From NCBI GenBank assembly GCA_001643675.2, contig LSRY02000028.1, forward strand, positions 1,157,068-1,221,067: DNA of 64,000 nucleotides, given 5' to 3'. Positions 40,089-48,269 of the stretch are shown here, piece by piece. The stretch's first letter is position 1. The number at the start of each line of letters is the position of its first letter. Made by a program: the position numbers and the translations under genes. This stretch comes from Monocercomonoides exilis PA203 (Eukaryota; Protista; Preaxostyla). The notes beneath the pieces are model-generated. The model searched no databases and had not been told where the DNA came from. It saw only the letters and a list, made by a program, of their open reading frames with translations.

Positions 40089-40540
40089 CAGTCTAAACCG
40101 GATATAATCACGTCGAATATAATCACATTCGTATATAGTCACATTTTTCAATGCACAGACATTTTTAGCCTATTTTTCATTCATTTTCCATCACATATAA
40201 TCACAGGGCTGAAAATATATAATCACATTTTATATTATTATGGGTGCTTTTTTCAATGAAAAATCGATTTTTTGATCAAAACTTTCAATTTTTCGCTTTT
40301 TCAAAATTATGTTAAAATAAGTCTAAATAACATAATAAAATCCAAAAAAATGTTTTTTCTATTGAAAAATGCGTTTTTTATGAAGAATTTTCAAAAATAA
40401 AAAATTTGACCCAAAATTAATTATTTCGAAAATTTATTTTTTTTATTTTTCTGTGTTAAGCAGCATCGTATATTATCACAATCGGATATAGTCACAAAAA
40501 GTTGTGCAAAAACCGATGTGATTATATCCGGTTTTGACTG
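40089..40540. mobile_element. Non-autonomous Tc1/mariner-pogo-type MITE, 452 bp
   Basis: 27-bp TIRs CAGTCTAAACCGGATATAATCACGTCG and (reverse complement) CAGTCAAAACCGGATATAATCACATCG, 25/27 identical. TA on both flanks. Internal repeats of ATAT(A/T)(A/G)TCAC. Confidence 0.88.
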
Positions 40541-41139
40541 TATAATACAACATCTGTTTTAAAAATATAACAATTGATTCCTGGTGAATACGCAATGATC
40601 TTCATTCAAATCTCTTCCTCACCTAACCCCACTCCTGTGATCATCCTGTCCATGCCTATTATACTACATCCAAATCTGACATAGCCGTATGTGAAACATA
40701 TATATTATTCTTTTTGAAAAATCGCATCCATTTAATAACAGCATTTAACAAAATTGAATTTTTTTTTATCTTTTTTTGAAGTGAATCCATGATATTTCTC
40801 CACAACGCACTTATTTTCACATCAAATAGGTACGAATATTCTAATGTGCCAAGTGATAGCATTTGATGGATTACCAACAAATAAATGACAAAAAAGATTC
40901 AATTTTATTCAACCTTGATTTTTCACATTTGCGATTTTTCAAAAAGAATGACCCATTTTTATATATTTCTATCAAATATCTGTTCTCATTTTCGAAACTT
41001 CACTCAAATGGAAATATTAATGCTGTTTTGGTTCTGTTTCCATTTCAGAATAGTTTTATTTGTTGGAACAGCAATTTAATCGAAGAATGAAATTTTTTCT
41101 TTATTTGAAAGTTAAACAAAAGGAACTTTTCAAATAAAT

Positions 41140-41325
41140 TTAGACATATGCTTCCTCAATTGCATCCAAATATTCAATCATCAATTCATTTTGTTTATCT
41201 CGAGCTGCAGTGCCATATGGCAACCAATATCCTGTAAGTTTACTAATAACTTCAGCCTCCGTAAATGGAACAACATTCCTAGTAGTCCAATTAGCATCAA
41301 TCATTAAATTAATAATGGTTATCAT
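41140..41325 (-). CDS. Small ORF (~61 aa from the ATG at 41325) in the ORF3 position of virus A
   Basis: Reads away from origin A on the minus strand, as ORF3 does from origin B. No visible similarity to B ORF3. Confidence 0.35.
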   Translation of the reverse strand: MITIINLMIDANWTTRNVVPFTEAEVISKLTGYWLPYGTAARDKQNELMIEYLDAIEEAYV

Positions 41326-41367
41326 GACACAGAAGTTGGGGCGTAGTATTACCACAACTTCTGTGTC
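41326..41367 (+). promoter_or_regulatory. Virus A rolling-circle origin stem-loop
   Basis: Perfect 13-bp stem GACACAGAAGTTG / CAACTTCTGTGTC with TAGTATTAC at 41344-41352 on the + (Rep) strand. Confidence 0.93.
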
Positions 41368-41435
41368 TCACACTTTATGGGTTAGCTAATTTAGGCAGTC
41401 ATCATAACACATAAATCACATTTTTAATTGTGCAC

Positions 41436-42408
41436 ATGTCACAGTTGACACTCCAAAGCAGAACTTTCAGAAGTAGAGGATGGGCATTCACACAAAATAA
41501 CTACACGGAAGCAGAAGAACAGGAAATAAAAAGAATAGAATGCACATACAAAGTTGTAGGTAAAGAAGTTGGGGAGATGGGAACACCACATCTACAAGGA
41601 TACATGTACTTCAAGAACGGCAGAGGATTCAGCAGCATTAAGAGAGAGCTTCCCGAACGATGCCATATCGAAGCTACAAAAGGTAGTCCCCAACAGAATA
41701 GAAAATATTGTACAAAAGATAACAACTATTATGAGGAAGGAGAATGCCCAATTCAGGGAAAAAGAACTGATATCGAGAGTGCAGCTGAACTATTAAAAGA
41801 GGGAAAACCTCTTTTAGCCCTAGAAAAGGATCACCGACCAACTTTGATACATTATTGGAGCGGGTTTGAAAAATATAGAAAAGCTATAATAAGAAAGAAA
41901 AAAGGGAAGAAGATTATATGAAAGAGCAACCTTCTGGATTTGGGGGCCTGCAAGAAAATGAAAGACAAACAAAGCTATGGACATAGTTAAAGAAAACCTA
42001 TTGCCAGACGAAGATTACTACGAATGGGTGCCAACAAGCGGATTCATTGACGGGTATGACGGGGAAAGAATCGCTGTGTTTGATGATTTCAAAGCTGAAT
42101 TAATGAATTTCGAAGTTTGGCTGCAAATATGTGACCCATGGCATAATCCAGCTTTTAATGTTAAAGGTGGAACAACTGCATTCACAGCTGACATAGTTTT
42201 ATTTACTTCAATTCAAAGAGCTGAAGACATATGGAAACAAGCTATAGACTTAACAAAAGTGGTTGATGACAATCAAATCACTGACAGAGTAAATCAAATA
42301 AATTTAATAAAACCTAATCCAATGGAAACCGAAGAAACTGAAATTGATATGGATCACCCTACTACTAGATCAACTTTTGAAGAAGATTTAATTTCAAATC
42401 AACTTTAA
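41436..42408 (+). pseudogene. rep: Virus A Rep, disrupted (HUH domain open; frameshift plus nonsense codon in Walker A)
   Basis: Motif I WAFTQNN, motif II PHLQG, motif III YCTK. A +1 frameshift occurs near the A-run at 41898-41903. The second frame reads ATFWIWGPARK*KT (TGA at 41959-41961), then Walker B VFDDF and motif C VLFTSI. Confidence 0.9.
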
Positions 42409-42496
42409 TTTTTTCTTTTAATTTTTTTGTATAGTCACTGTACAGTTCTAACATGCGTATTATTTATTTAATGAATTGTTTCTAAAAAAATAATAA

Positions 42497-43693
42497 TTAT
42501 TCATCATCATGCAAAATATTAAAAGAAGAGGAGGGCCCAGTAGTCGAACCGGAGGCGCCGTCTATACCACGTGGTTCTTTACCGGATGAGCCACTGACCT
42601 CCTCAACAGAATGAGGTTCGATAGACGAACCACAAGCATTACCTGATACTAAATATTTTTCATATTGACCACTTTGCAATGGCATTCCATTAACAAATTT
42701 CCAGTAATTAGTTACATTCCTATTAATACTAACATTCATTGTTTTAATTAAACTGTTTAATGAAGTATGATGATACTTATCCATCACCCCATGACCACCT
42801 AAAAATATAACCCAATAATACCAATGATCTGAATCTTGATAAGCGTTATATCTTGTATGTATATTAGGATAAACACTAAATTTGAACTGTGTTACCCAAT
42901 TAGTTTCTTCGCTAATACGCAAAAGCTTATCCATATATAACTGACAGCCAAACTCTTTTAACCAACGACGTTTAAAACCTTTCACATATCCGGAAGTAAT
43001 CAACCATGGGTATTTAAACATGCTCCAAATATTTAACTGCATATTAGAAACATTACTTATACCCCATTCACGAAACACTAATACTCGTACATATCCACAA
43101 ACTAAATCAGTAATATCACTAGAAGCTGGTGATAAATGAATAGTCAAATTCCACGACTGTTTATATAGTATATAATCAGCTTGTTGTGTAGATACTTCAG
43201 AAGGTGCATCTGCAGAACAATTAAATGCATACCGAGAATCGGAAGGATAGCTCAAACTTGATCCTCCATCTTGATATATAGGTGGATTATATATATTAAA
43301 TGAAAATAAAGAATTAGTAAATGAACAATAAATATGTGGTCTATTTTTATACACCCATCTATTATATCTATACAATCCACGTCTAAACCTAAGCTTTCTT
43401 CTCGTTCTCATAATAACCCGAGCTCTTCTACCCCTACGATGTATTTTTTTTCCTGTACCTGTTTGTCTAGGCTGTTTCCAATTAGGAACACGTCCTTGTC
43501 CTGCACTCTTAATAGCTTTAAACAATTTATGTCTATTATACCATTGCCTAGCCATTTGTATCCCTTTTCTTGCTCCTTTCCATAAATAATAATCACCTGT
43601 AAACTTACCAATTCTAGTAACTACAGGCTTAGCCCTATTCATAAATCTCATTATTGATGCTGCTCTAGATGCGTACGGTACAATCGCTTGCAT
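42497..43693 (-). CDS. cap: Chimeric capsid protein, 398 aa (first 38 aa from virus B, remainder from virus A)
   Basis: Arg-rich arm and intact ORF. Shares YVRVLVFR.WG, LY.DKLLR.SE.TNWVTQFKF and the C-terminal tail with B Cap. The N-terminal 38 aa are identical to B Cap. Confidence 0.85.
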   Translation of the reverse strand: MQAIVPYASRAASIMRFMNRAKPVVTRIGKFTGDYYLWKGARKGIQMARQWYNRHKLFKAIKSAGQGRVPNWKQPRQTGTGKKIHRRGRRARVIMRTRRKLRFRRGLYRYNRWVYKNRPHIYCSFTNSLFSFNIYNPPIYQDGGSSLSYPSDSRYAFNCSADAPSEVSTQQADYILYKQSWNLTIHLSPASSDITDLVCGYVRVLVFREWGISNVSNMQLNIWSMFKYPWLITSGYVKGFKRRWLKEFGCQLYMDKLLRISEETNWVTQFKFSVYPNIHTRYNAYQDSDHWYYWVIFLGGHGVMDKYHHTSLNSLIKTMNVSINRNVTNYWKFVNGMPLQSGQYEKYLVSGNACGSSIEPHSVEEVSGSSGKEPRGIDGASGSTTGPSSSFNILHDDE

Positions 43694-43751
43694 CTTTATG
43701 AAGTGTCAAAAACGGAAATAAAAGATCAATATCTAGACATATGAAATAAAA

Positions 43752-44204
43752 TTATGGCATAAATTGTTCCAATCTTTGCCTAGCATATCTAGGCCTTCCA
43801 TAATACTCCTGAAACAAAGCAACATGATTATTAATTGCTTTATCAAATAATGGCCTAATTCTTTTCATTAACATTCTAGTTCGTGCAGTTTTTTGTCTTT
43901 CTTCACTACCAACAACCCTAAGAAACCTAGGTCTCCTTCTATTCTTAATTCTCATAATTCGCCATATACTATTAAACTGTTCTATAACCTTTTCCCAAAC
44001 ACGGTCAACCTCATTCAAGTACCACCACATATTATTATACTGATGTTGCCAACACCTTGAACCCTCCGGAGCCCAGCTATAATTAACCTCTTCTTGATAC
44101 GTCCATGCATCTATAGGATATATAAATCCAGCCCACCATCCTCGATGTTTCCAATCAACAAGTGTAACTGACCTTGGCATATAGTTAGATCTAACCCTTA
44201 ACAT
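43752..44204 (-). CDS. Virus B ORF3, 150-aa Trp/Arg-rich protein of unknown function (full-length allele)
   Basis: ATG just outside the origin and stop 58 nt before the Cap ATG, so it fills the origin-to-Cap gap. Confidence 0.75.
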   Translation of the reverse strand: MLRVRSNYMPRSVTLVDWKHRGWWAGFIYPIDAWTYQEEVNYSWAPEGSRCWQHQYNNMWWYLNEVDRVWEKVIEQFNSIWRIMRIKNRRRPRFLRVVGSEERQKTARTRMLMKRIRPLFDKAINNHVALFQEYYGRPRYARQRLEQFMP

Positions 44205-44210
44205 TAACCA

Positions 44211-44262
44211 TGACTCAGAAGTTGACTCAGAAGTTGCCGGTAATACTAGGCGGCAACTTCTG
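44211..44262 (-). promoter_or_regulatory. Virus B origin, copy 1: tandem iteron plus stem-loop
   Basis: TGACTCAGAAGT repeated twice (44211-44234). 12-bp stem CAGAAGTTGCCG/CGGCAACTTCTG (44228-44262). Loop GTAATACTA is TAGTATTAC on the - strand (44240-44248). Confidence 0.95.
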
Positions 44263-44314
44263 GGACGTCATGGGATTTTTGATCAAACCCATAATAAAAA
44301 TTATAATTTCCGAG

Positions 44315-45268
44315 ATGTCACAAATAAATAACACACGTTCAAGATGTTGGTGCTTCACAATTAACAACTACACACCAGACGAATATCAGCATGTAACAAA
44401 CATAGAATGCGAATACTTGGTGGTAGGAAAAGAAAAAGGTGCTTTAGGAACGGATCATCTACAAGGTTATATATACTTTAAAAACCAAAGAAGATTCAAT
44501 GCAGTAAAAACATTAATAAGCAACAGGTGCCATTTAGAAACAGCTATAGGAACACCAGAACAAAATAGAACATATTGCACAAAAGAAGGTGATTATTTCG
44601 AGAAGGGAACATTACCTAAACAAGGTAAACGTTCTGATCTAGAAGAAGCAGCAGACCTAATCCTAAAAGGAAAGAAAGTATACGATTTAGCAATGGATCA
44701 TCCGGGATTGGTAGCAAGAAATTTTAAAGGATTACAATATTTAGAGGACCAAACAATTGTTCACAACCCCATCAGAAGAACAACTCCAAGACAAACATAT
44801 TGGATATACGGTGATTCAGAAAAAGGTAAAACCAGACTAGCAATTGATAGACTTCTACAATTAGAAACAGCAATGATGACATCAATATATGACTGGCCAA
44901 AATCTAAGGATTTCATAGATAACTATCACGGCGAAAAACTTGCTATATTCGATGACTTCAGACCGTCAGGATCAATGGACTTTGACATATTCCTAAGAAT
45001 AACTGACCCATGGATAAATCCAACGATAAACGTCAAAGGTGGAACTTCAAGATGGATAGTTGATGTTATATATTTTACTTCTATATCACAGCCTGTCCCG
45101 CTATGGTTAAACGCTAAACCTAACCTAGCTGGTGAACAACAACGACAAATTAAACGACGAATAACCGAAATTAACATCCTAGATGCTATGCATACTGTTA
45201 ATCCAGATAATGACGATGAAACTCAACCTACTCAAGACGAAACATCACATTTTTCTTTACAACTTTAA
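44315..45268 (+). CDS. rep: Virus B Rep, copy 1 (HUH endonuclease plus SF3 helicase, 317 aa from MSQ)
   Basis: Motif I WCFTINN, motif II DHLQG, motif III YCTK, Walker A GDSEKGKT, Walker B IFDDF, motif C IYFTSI, Arg finger QIKRRI. The MSQ start matches virus A Rep. Confidence 0.96.
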   Translation: MSQINNTRSRCWCFTINNYTPDEYQHVTNIECEYLVVGKEKGALGTDHLQGYIYFKNQRRFNAVKTLISNRCHLETAIGTPEQNRTYCTKEGDYFEKGTLPKQGKRSDLEEAADLILKGKKVYDLAMDHPGLVARNFKGLQYLEDQTIVHNPIRRTTPRQTYWIYGDSEKGKTRLAIDRLLQLETAMMTSIYDWPKSKDFIDNYHGEKLAIFDDFRPSGSMDFDIFLRITDPWINPTINVKGGTSRWIVDVIYFTSISQPVPLWLNAKPNLAGEQQRQIKRRITEINILDAMHTVNPDNDDETQPTQDETSHFSLQL

Positions 45269-45377
45269 TTTATATTTTATTTCCATTTAAATTTTTATAC
45301 AATTCATTTAAGTCCCAATAGGGTGCAAGAATGCGTATTTAATATAAATCGATATGTTTTCTAAAAAAAAAAAATTA

Positions 45378-46586
45378 TTAATCATCATGTAAAATAGTAA
45401 AAGAAGAGGAGGGCCCAGGAATAGAACCGGAGGCGCCATCACTACCACGTGGTTCATTACCGGTTCCACCACTGACCTCCTCGTTATCTTCTTCCATTGA
45501 AATTGAAGTAGGTAAAGGACCTGCAGGTCCAGGTTCTCCAACAGGTTGGTAAAGTTTACTATCAGCATCTGTCAAATTCATACCTGTAGTATATCTATAA
45601 TAACCTATTTGATCGTACTTAACCCTAACAGTTAAATTCGGATCAGCACCACCAGATTCCCAAAGGTTATGAAACTTGTCTTCTGCACCAAAACCACCTA
45701 TTAAATAGATAGTATAAAACCACCTATTAGTTTCTACATCATTAGTATATCTATTCTCTAAATGCGGATAAATATTAAACTTAAACTGCGTAACCCAATT
45801 AGTATCCTCACTTACTCTTAACAATTTATCCAGATATAGCTGAACATTGTAGTTTGCACACCACATTCTTTTAAATCTCTTAACATAACCCGAAGTCAAA
45901 AGATAAGGTCTATTAAACATAGACCATAAATAATTACTAATAGTAGGATTACTACCCCATTTCCTAAATACTAGAACTCTCACATATGCATGCGTATATG
46001 AACTAGGTTCTAATCCAGTAGATCCATATTTAGTAAATGCAAATAAAAAGTTATAATTTATCTTATAACACATATAATTAGTCTTAACATTATCTAACAT
46101 AGAAGGCATAGACGAACTTACAGTTATAGTTGTAATAGAATTACTAGGATATGTAATTTGTAACGTAGGTAGCATAGGCATATTATACACATAAAACACA
46201 TCTGTTGAACTATAAACCTTACGATAATCAACAGGTCTATTCTTGTACAACCAAGACAAATATCTATACTTCCTACGTCTATATCTACGTCTTCTCCTAA
46301 TACGATTCTTTCTTCCTCCTCTCCTACGACGCCTAATTTTTAATCCAGTTCCTGTCTGCTTTATCTGTTTCCAATTTTGAACTCGTCCCTGACCACTAGC
46401 TCGAATAGCTTTATATAACTTATTCCTATGATACATTCCTCTTAACATATTAATACCAGCTTTAGCCCCTCTCCATAAATAATAATCACCTGTAAACTTA
46501 CCAATTCTAGTAACTACAGGCTTAGCCCTATTCATAAATCTCATTATTGATGCTGCTCTAGATGCGTACGGTACAATCGCTTGCAT
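45378..46586 (-). CDS. cap: Virus B capsid protein, copy 1 (402 aa)
   Basis: Arg-rich arm RRRRRGGRKNRIRRRRRYRRRKY, then a beta-strand-like Y/T/V-rich core. Convergent with Rep. Confidence 0.9.
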   Translation of the reverse strand: MQAIVPYASRAASIMRFMNRAKPVVTRIGKFTGDYYLWRGAKAGINMLRGMYHRNKLYKAIRASGQGRVQNWKQIKQTGTGLKIRRRRRGGRKNRIRRRRRYRRRKYRYLSWLYKNRPVDYRKVYSSTDVFYVYNMPMLPTLQITYPSNSITTITVSSSMPSMLDNVKTNYMCYKINYNFLFAFTKYGSTGLEPSSYTHAYVRVLVFRKWGSNPTISNYLWSMFNRPYLLTSGYVKRFKRMWCANYNVQLYLDKLLRVSEDTNWVTQFKFNIYPHLENRYTNDVETNRWFYTIYLIGGFGAEDKFHNLWESGGADPNLTVRVKYDQIGYYRYTTGMNLTDADSKLYQPVGEPGPAGPLPTSISMEEDNEEVSGGTGNEPRGSDGASGSIPGPSSSFTILHDD

Positions 46587-46760
46587 CTTTATGAAGTGTC
46601 AAAAACGGAAATAAAAGATCAATATCTAGACATATGAAATAAAATTATGGCATAAATTGTTCCAATCTTTGCCTAGCATATCTAGGCCTTCCATAATACT
46701 CCTGAAACAAAGCAACATGATTATTAATTGCTTTATCAAATAATGGCCTAATTCTTTTCA

Positions 46761-47096
46761 TTAACATTCTAGTTCGTGCAGTTTTTGTCTTTCTTCACTA
46801 CCAACAACCCTAAGAAACCTAGGTCTCCTTCTATTCTTAATTCTCATAATTCGCCATATACTATTAAACTGTTCTATAACCTTTTCCCAAACACGGTCAA
46901 CCTCATTCAAGTACCACCACATATTATTATACTGATGTTGCCAACACCTTGAACCCTCCGGAGCCCAGCTATAATTAACCTCTTCTTGATACGTCCATGC
47001 ATCTATAGGATATATAAATCCAGCCCACCATCCTCGATGTTTCCAATCAACAAGTGTAACTGACCTTGGCATATAGTTAGATCTAACCCTTAACAT
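46761..47096 (-). CDS. Virus B ORF3, 111-aa frameshifted allele
   Basis: Identical to the 150-aa copy except a T5 run in place of T6. Confidence 0.65.
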   Translation of the reverse strand: MLRVRSNYMPRSVTLVDWKHRGWWAGFIYPIDAWTYQEEVNYSWAPEGSRCWQHQYNNMWWYLNEVDRVWEKVIEQFNSIWRIMRIKNRRRPRFLRVVGSEERQKLHELEC

Positions 47097-47119
47097 TAAC
47101 CATGACTCAGAAGTTGACT

Positions 47120-47154
47120 CAGAAGTTGCCGGTAATACTAGGCGGCAACTTCTG
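47120..47154 (-). promoter_or_regulatory. Virus B origin stem-loop, copy 2
   Basis: Identical stem; nonanucleotide at 47132-47140. Confidence 0.95.
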
Positions 47155-47206
47155 GGACGTCATGGGATTTTTGATCAAACCCATAATAAAAATTATAATT
47201 TCCGAG

Positions 47207-48160
47207 ATGTCACAAATAAATAACACACGTTCAAGATGTTGGTGCTTCACAATTAACAACTACACACCAGACGAATATCAGCATGTAACAAACATAGAAT
47301 GCGAATACTTGGTGGTAGGAAAAGAAAAAGGTGCTTTAGGAACGGATCATCTACAAGGTTATATATACTTTAAAAACCAAAGAAGATTCAATGCAGTAAA
47401 AACATTAATAAGCAACAGGTGCCATTTAGAAACAGCTATAGGAACACCAGAACAAAATAGAACATATTGCACAAAAGAAGGTGATTATTTCGAGAAGGGA
47501 ACATTACCTAAACAAGGTAAACGTTCTGATCTAGAAGAAGCAGCAGACCTAATCCTAAAAGGAAAGAAAGTATACGATTTAGCAATGGATCATCCGGGAT
47601 TGGTAGCAAGAAATTTTAAAGGATTACAATATTTAGAGGACCAAACAATTGTTCACAACCCCATCAGAAGAACAACTCCAAGACAAACATATTGGATATA
47701 CGGTGATTCAGAAAAAGGTAAAACCAGACTAGCAATTGATAGACTTCTACAATTAGAAACAGCAATGATGACATCAATATATGACTGGCCAAAATCTAAG
47801 GATTTCATAGATAACTATCACGGCGAAAAACTTGCTATATTCGATGACTTCAGACCGTCAGGATCAATGGACTTTGACATATTCCTAAGAATAACTGACC
47901 CATGGATAAATCCAACGATAAACGTCAAAGGTGGAACTTCAAGATGGATAGTTGATGTTATATATTTTACTTCTATATCACAGCCTGTCCCGCTATGGTT
48001 AAACGCTAAACCTAACCTAGCTGGTGAACAACAACGACAAATTAAACGACGAATAACCGAAATTAACATCCTAGATGCTATGCATACTGTTAATCCAGAT
48101 AATGACGATGAAACTCAACCTACTCAAGACGAAACATCACATTTTTCTTTACAACTTTAA
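47207..48160 (+). CDS. rep: Virus B Rep, copy 2
   Basis: Protein identical to copy 1. Confidence 0.96.
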   Translation: MSQINNTRSRCWCFTINNYTPDEYQHVTNIECEYLVVGKEKGALGTDHLQGYIYFKNQRRFNAVKTLISNRCHLETAIGTPEQNRTYCTKEGDYFEKGTLPKQGKRSDLEEAADLILKGKKVYDLAMDHPGLVARNFKGLQYLEDQTIVHNPIRRTTPRQTYWIYGDSEKGKTRLAIDRLLQLETAMMTSIYDWPKSKDFIDNYHGEKLAIFDDFRPSGSMDFDIFLRITDPWINPTINVKGGTSRWIVDVIYFTSISQPVPLWLNAKPNLAGEQQRQIKRRITEINILDAMHTVNPDNDDETQPTQDETSHFSLQL

Positions 48161-48269
48161 TTTATATTTTATTTCCATTTAAATTTTTATACAATTCATT
48201 TAAGTCCCAATAGGGTGCAAGAATGCGTATTTAATATAAATCGATATGTTTTCTAAAAAAAAAAAATTA

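Larger units (their letters stand above)
41140..43578. mobile_element. Endogenous CRESS-DNA virus A (older, Rep-inactivated, divergent relative of virus B). Left boundary approximate.
   Basis: TAGTATTAC stem-loop, disrupted Rep, convergent capsid gene. The sequence becomes identical to virus B from ~43579 onward. Confidence 0.9.

Noticed and set aside
40560-41090. Short ORFs between the MITE and virus A
   Set aside because: They are AT-rich, 64-75 aa, have no recognisable motifs and show no similarity to the viral unit.
44210-44314. 35-aa N-terminal Rep extension MTQKLTQKLP...
   Set aside because: It is a translation of the iteron and stem-loop. It is absent from Rep A, which starts at MSQ, and is broken by an indel in copy 5. 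The ATG at 44315 is the more likely start.
44926-45568. Repeated small minus-strand ORFs (83 aa within Rep; 76-86 aa at the Cap 3' end)
   Set aside because: They recur only because the unit is repeated. They are shadow frames with no recognisable motifs, and one changes length with a poly-A run.
45620-45629. TAACCCTAAC telomere-like 10-mer inside Cap
   Set aside because: It lies in coding sequence (VRV), runs opposite to the terminal telomere, and is not at the junction.
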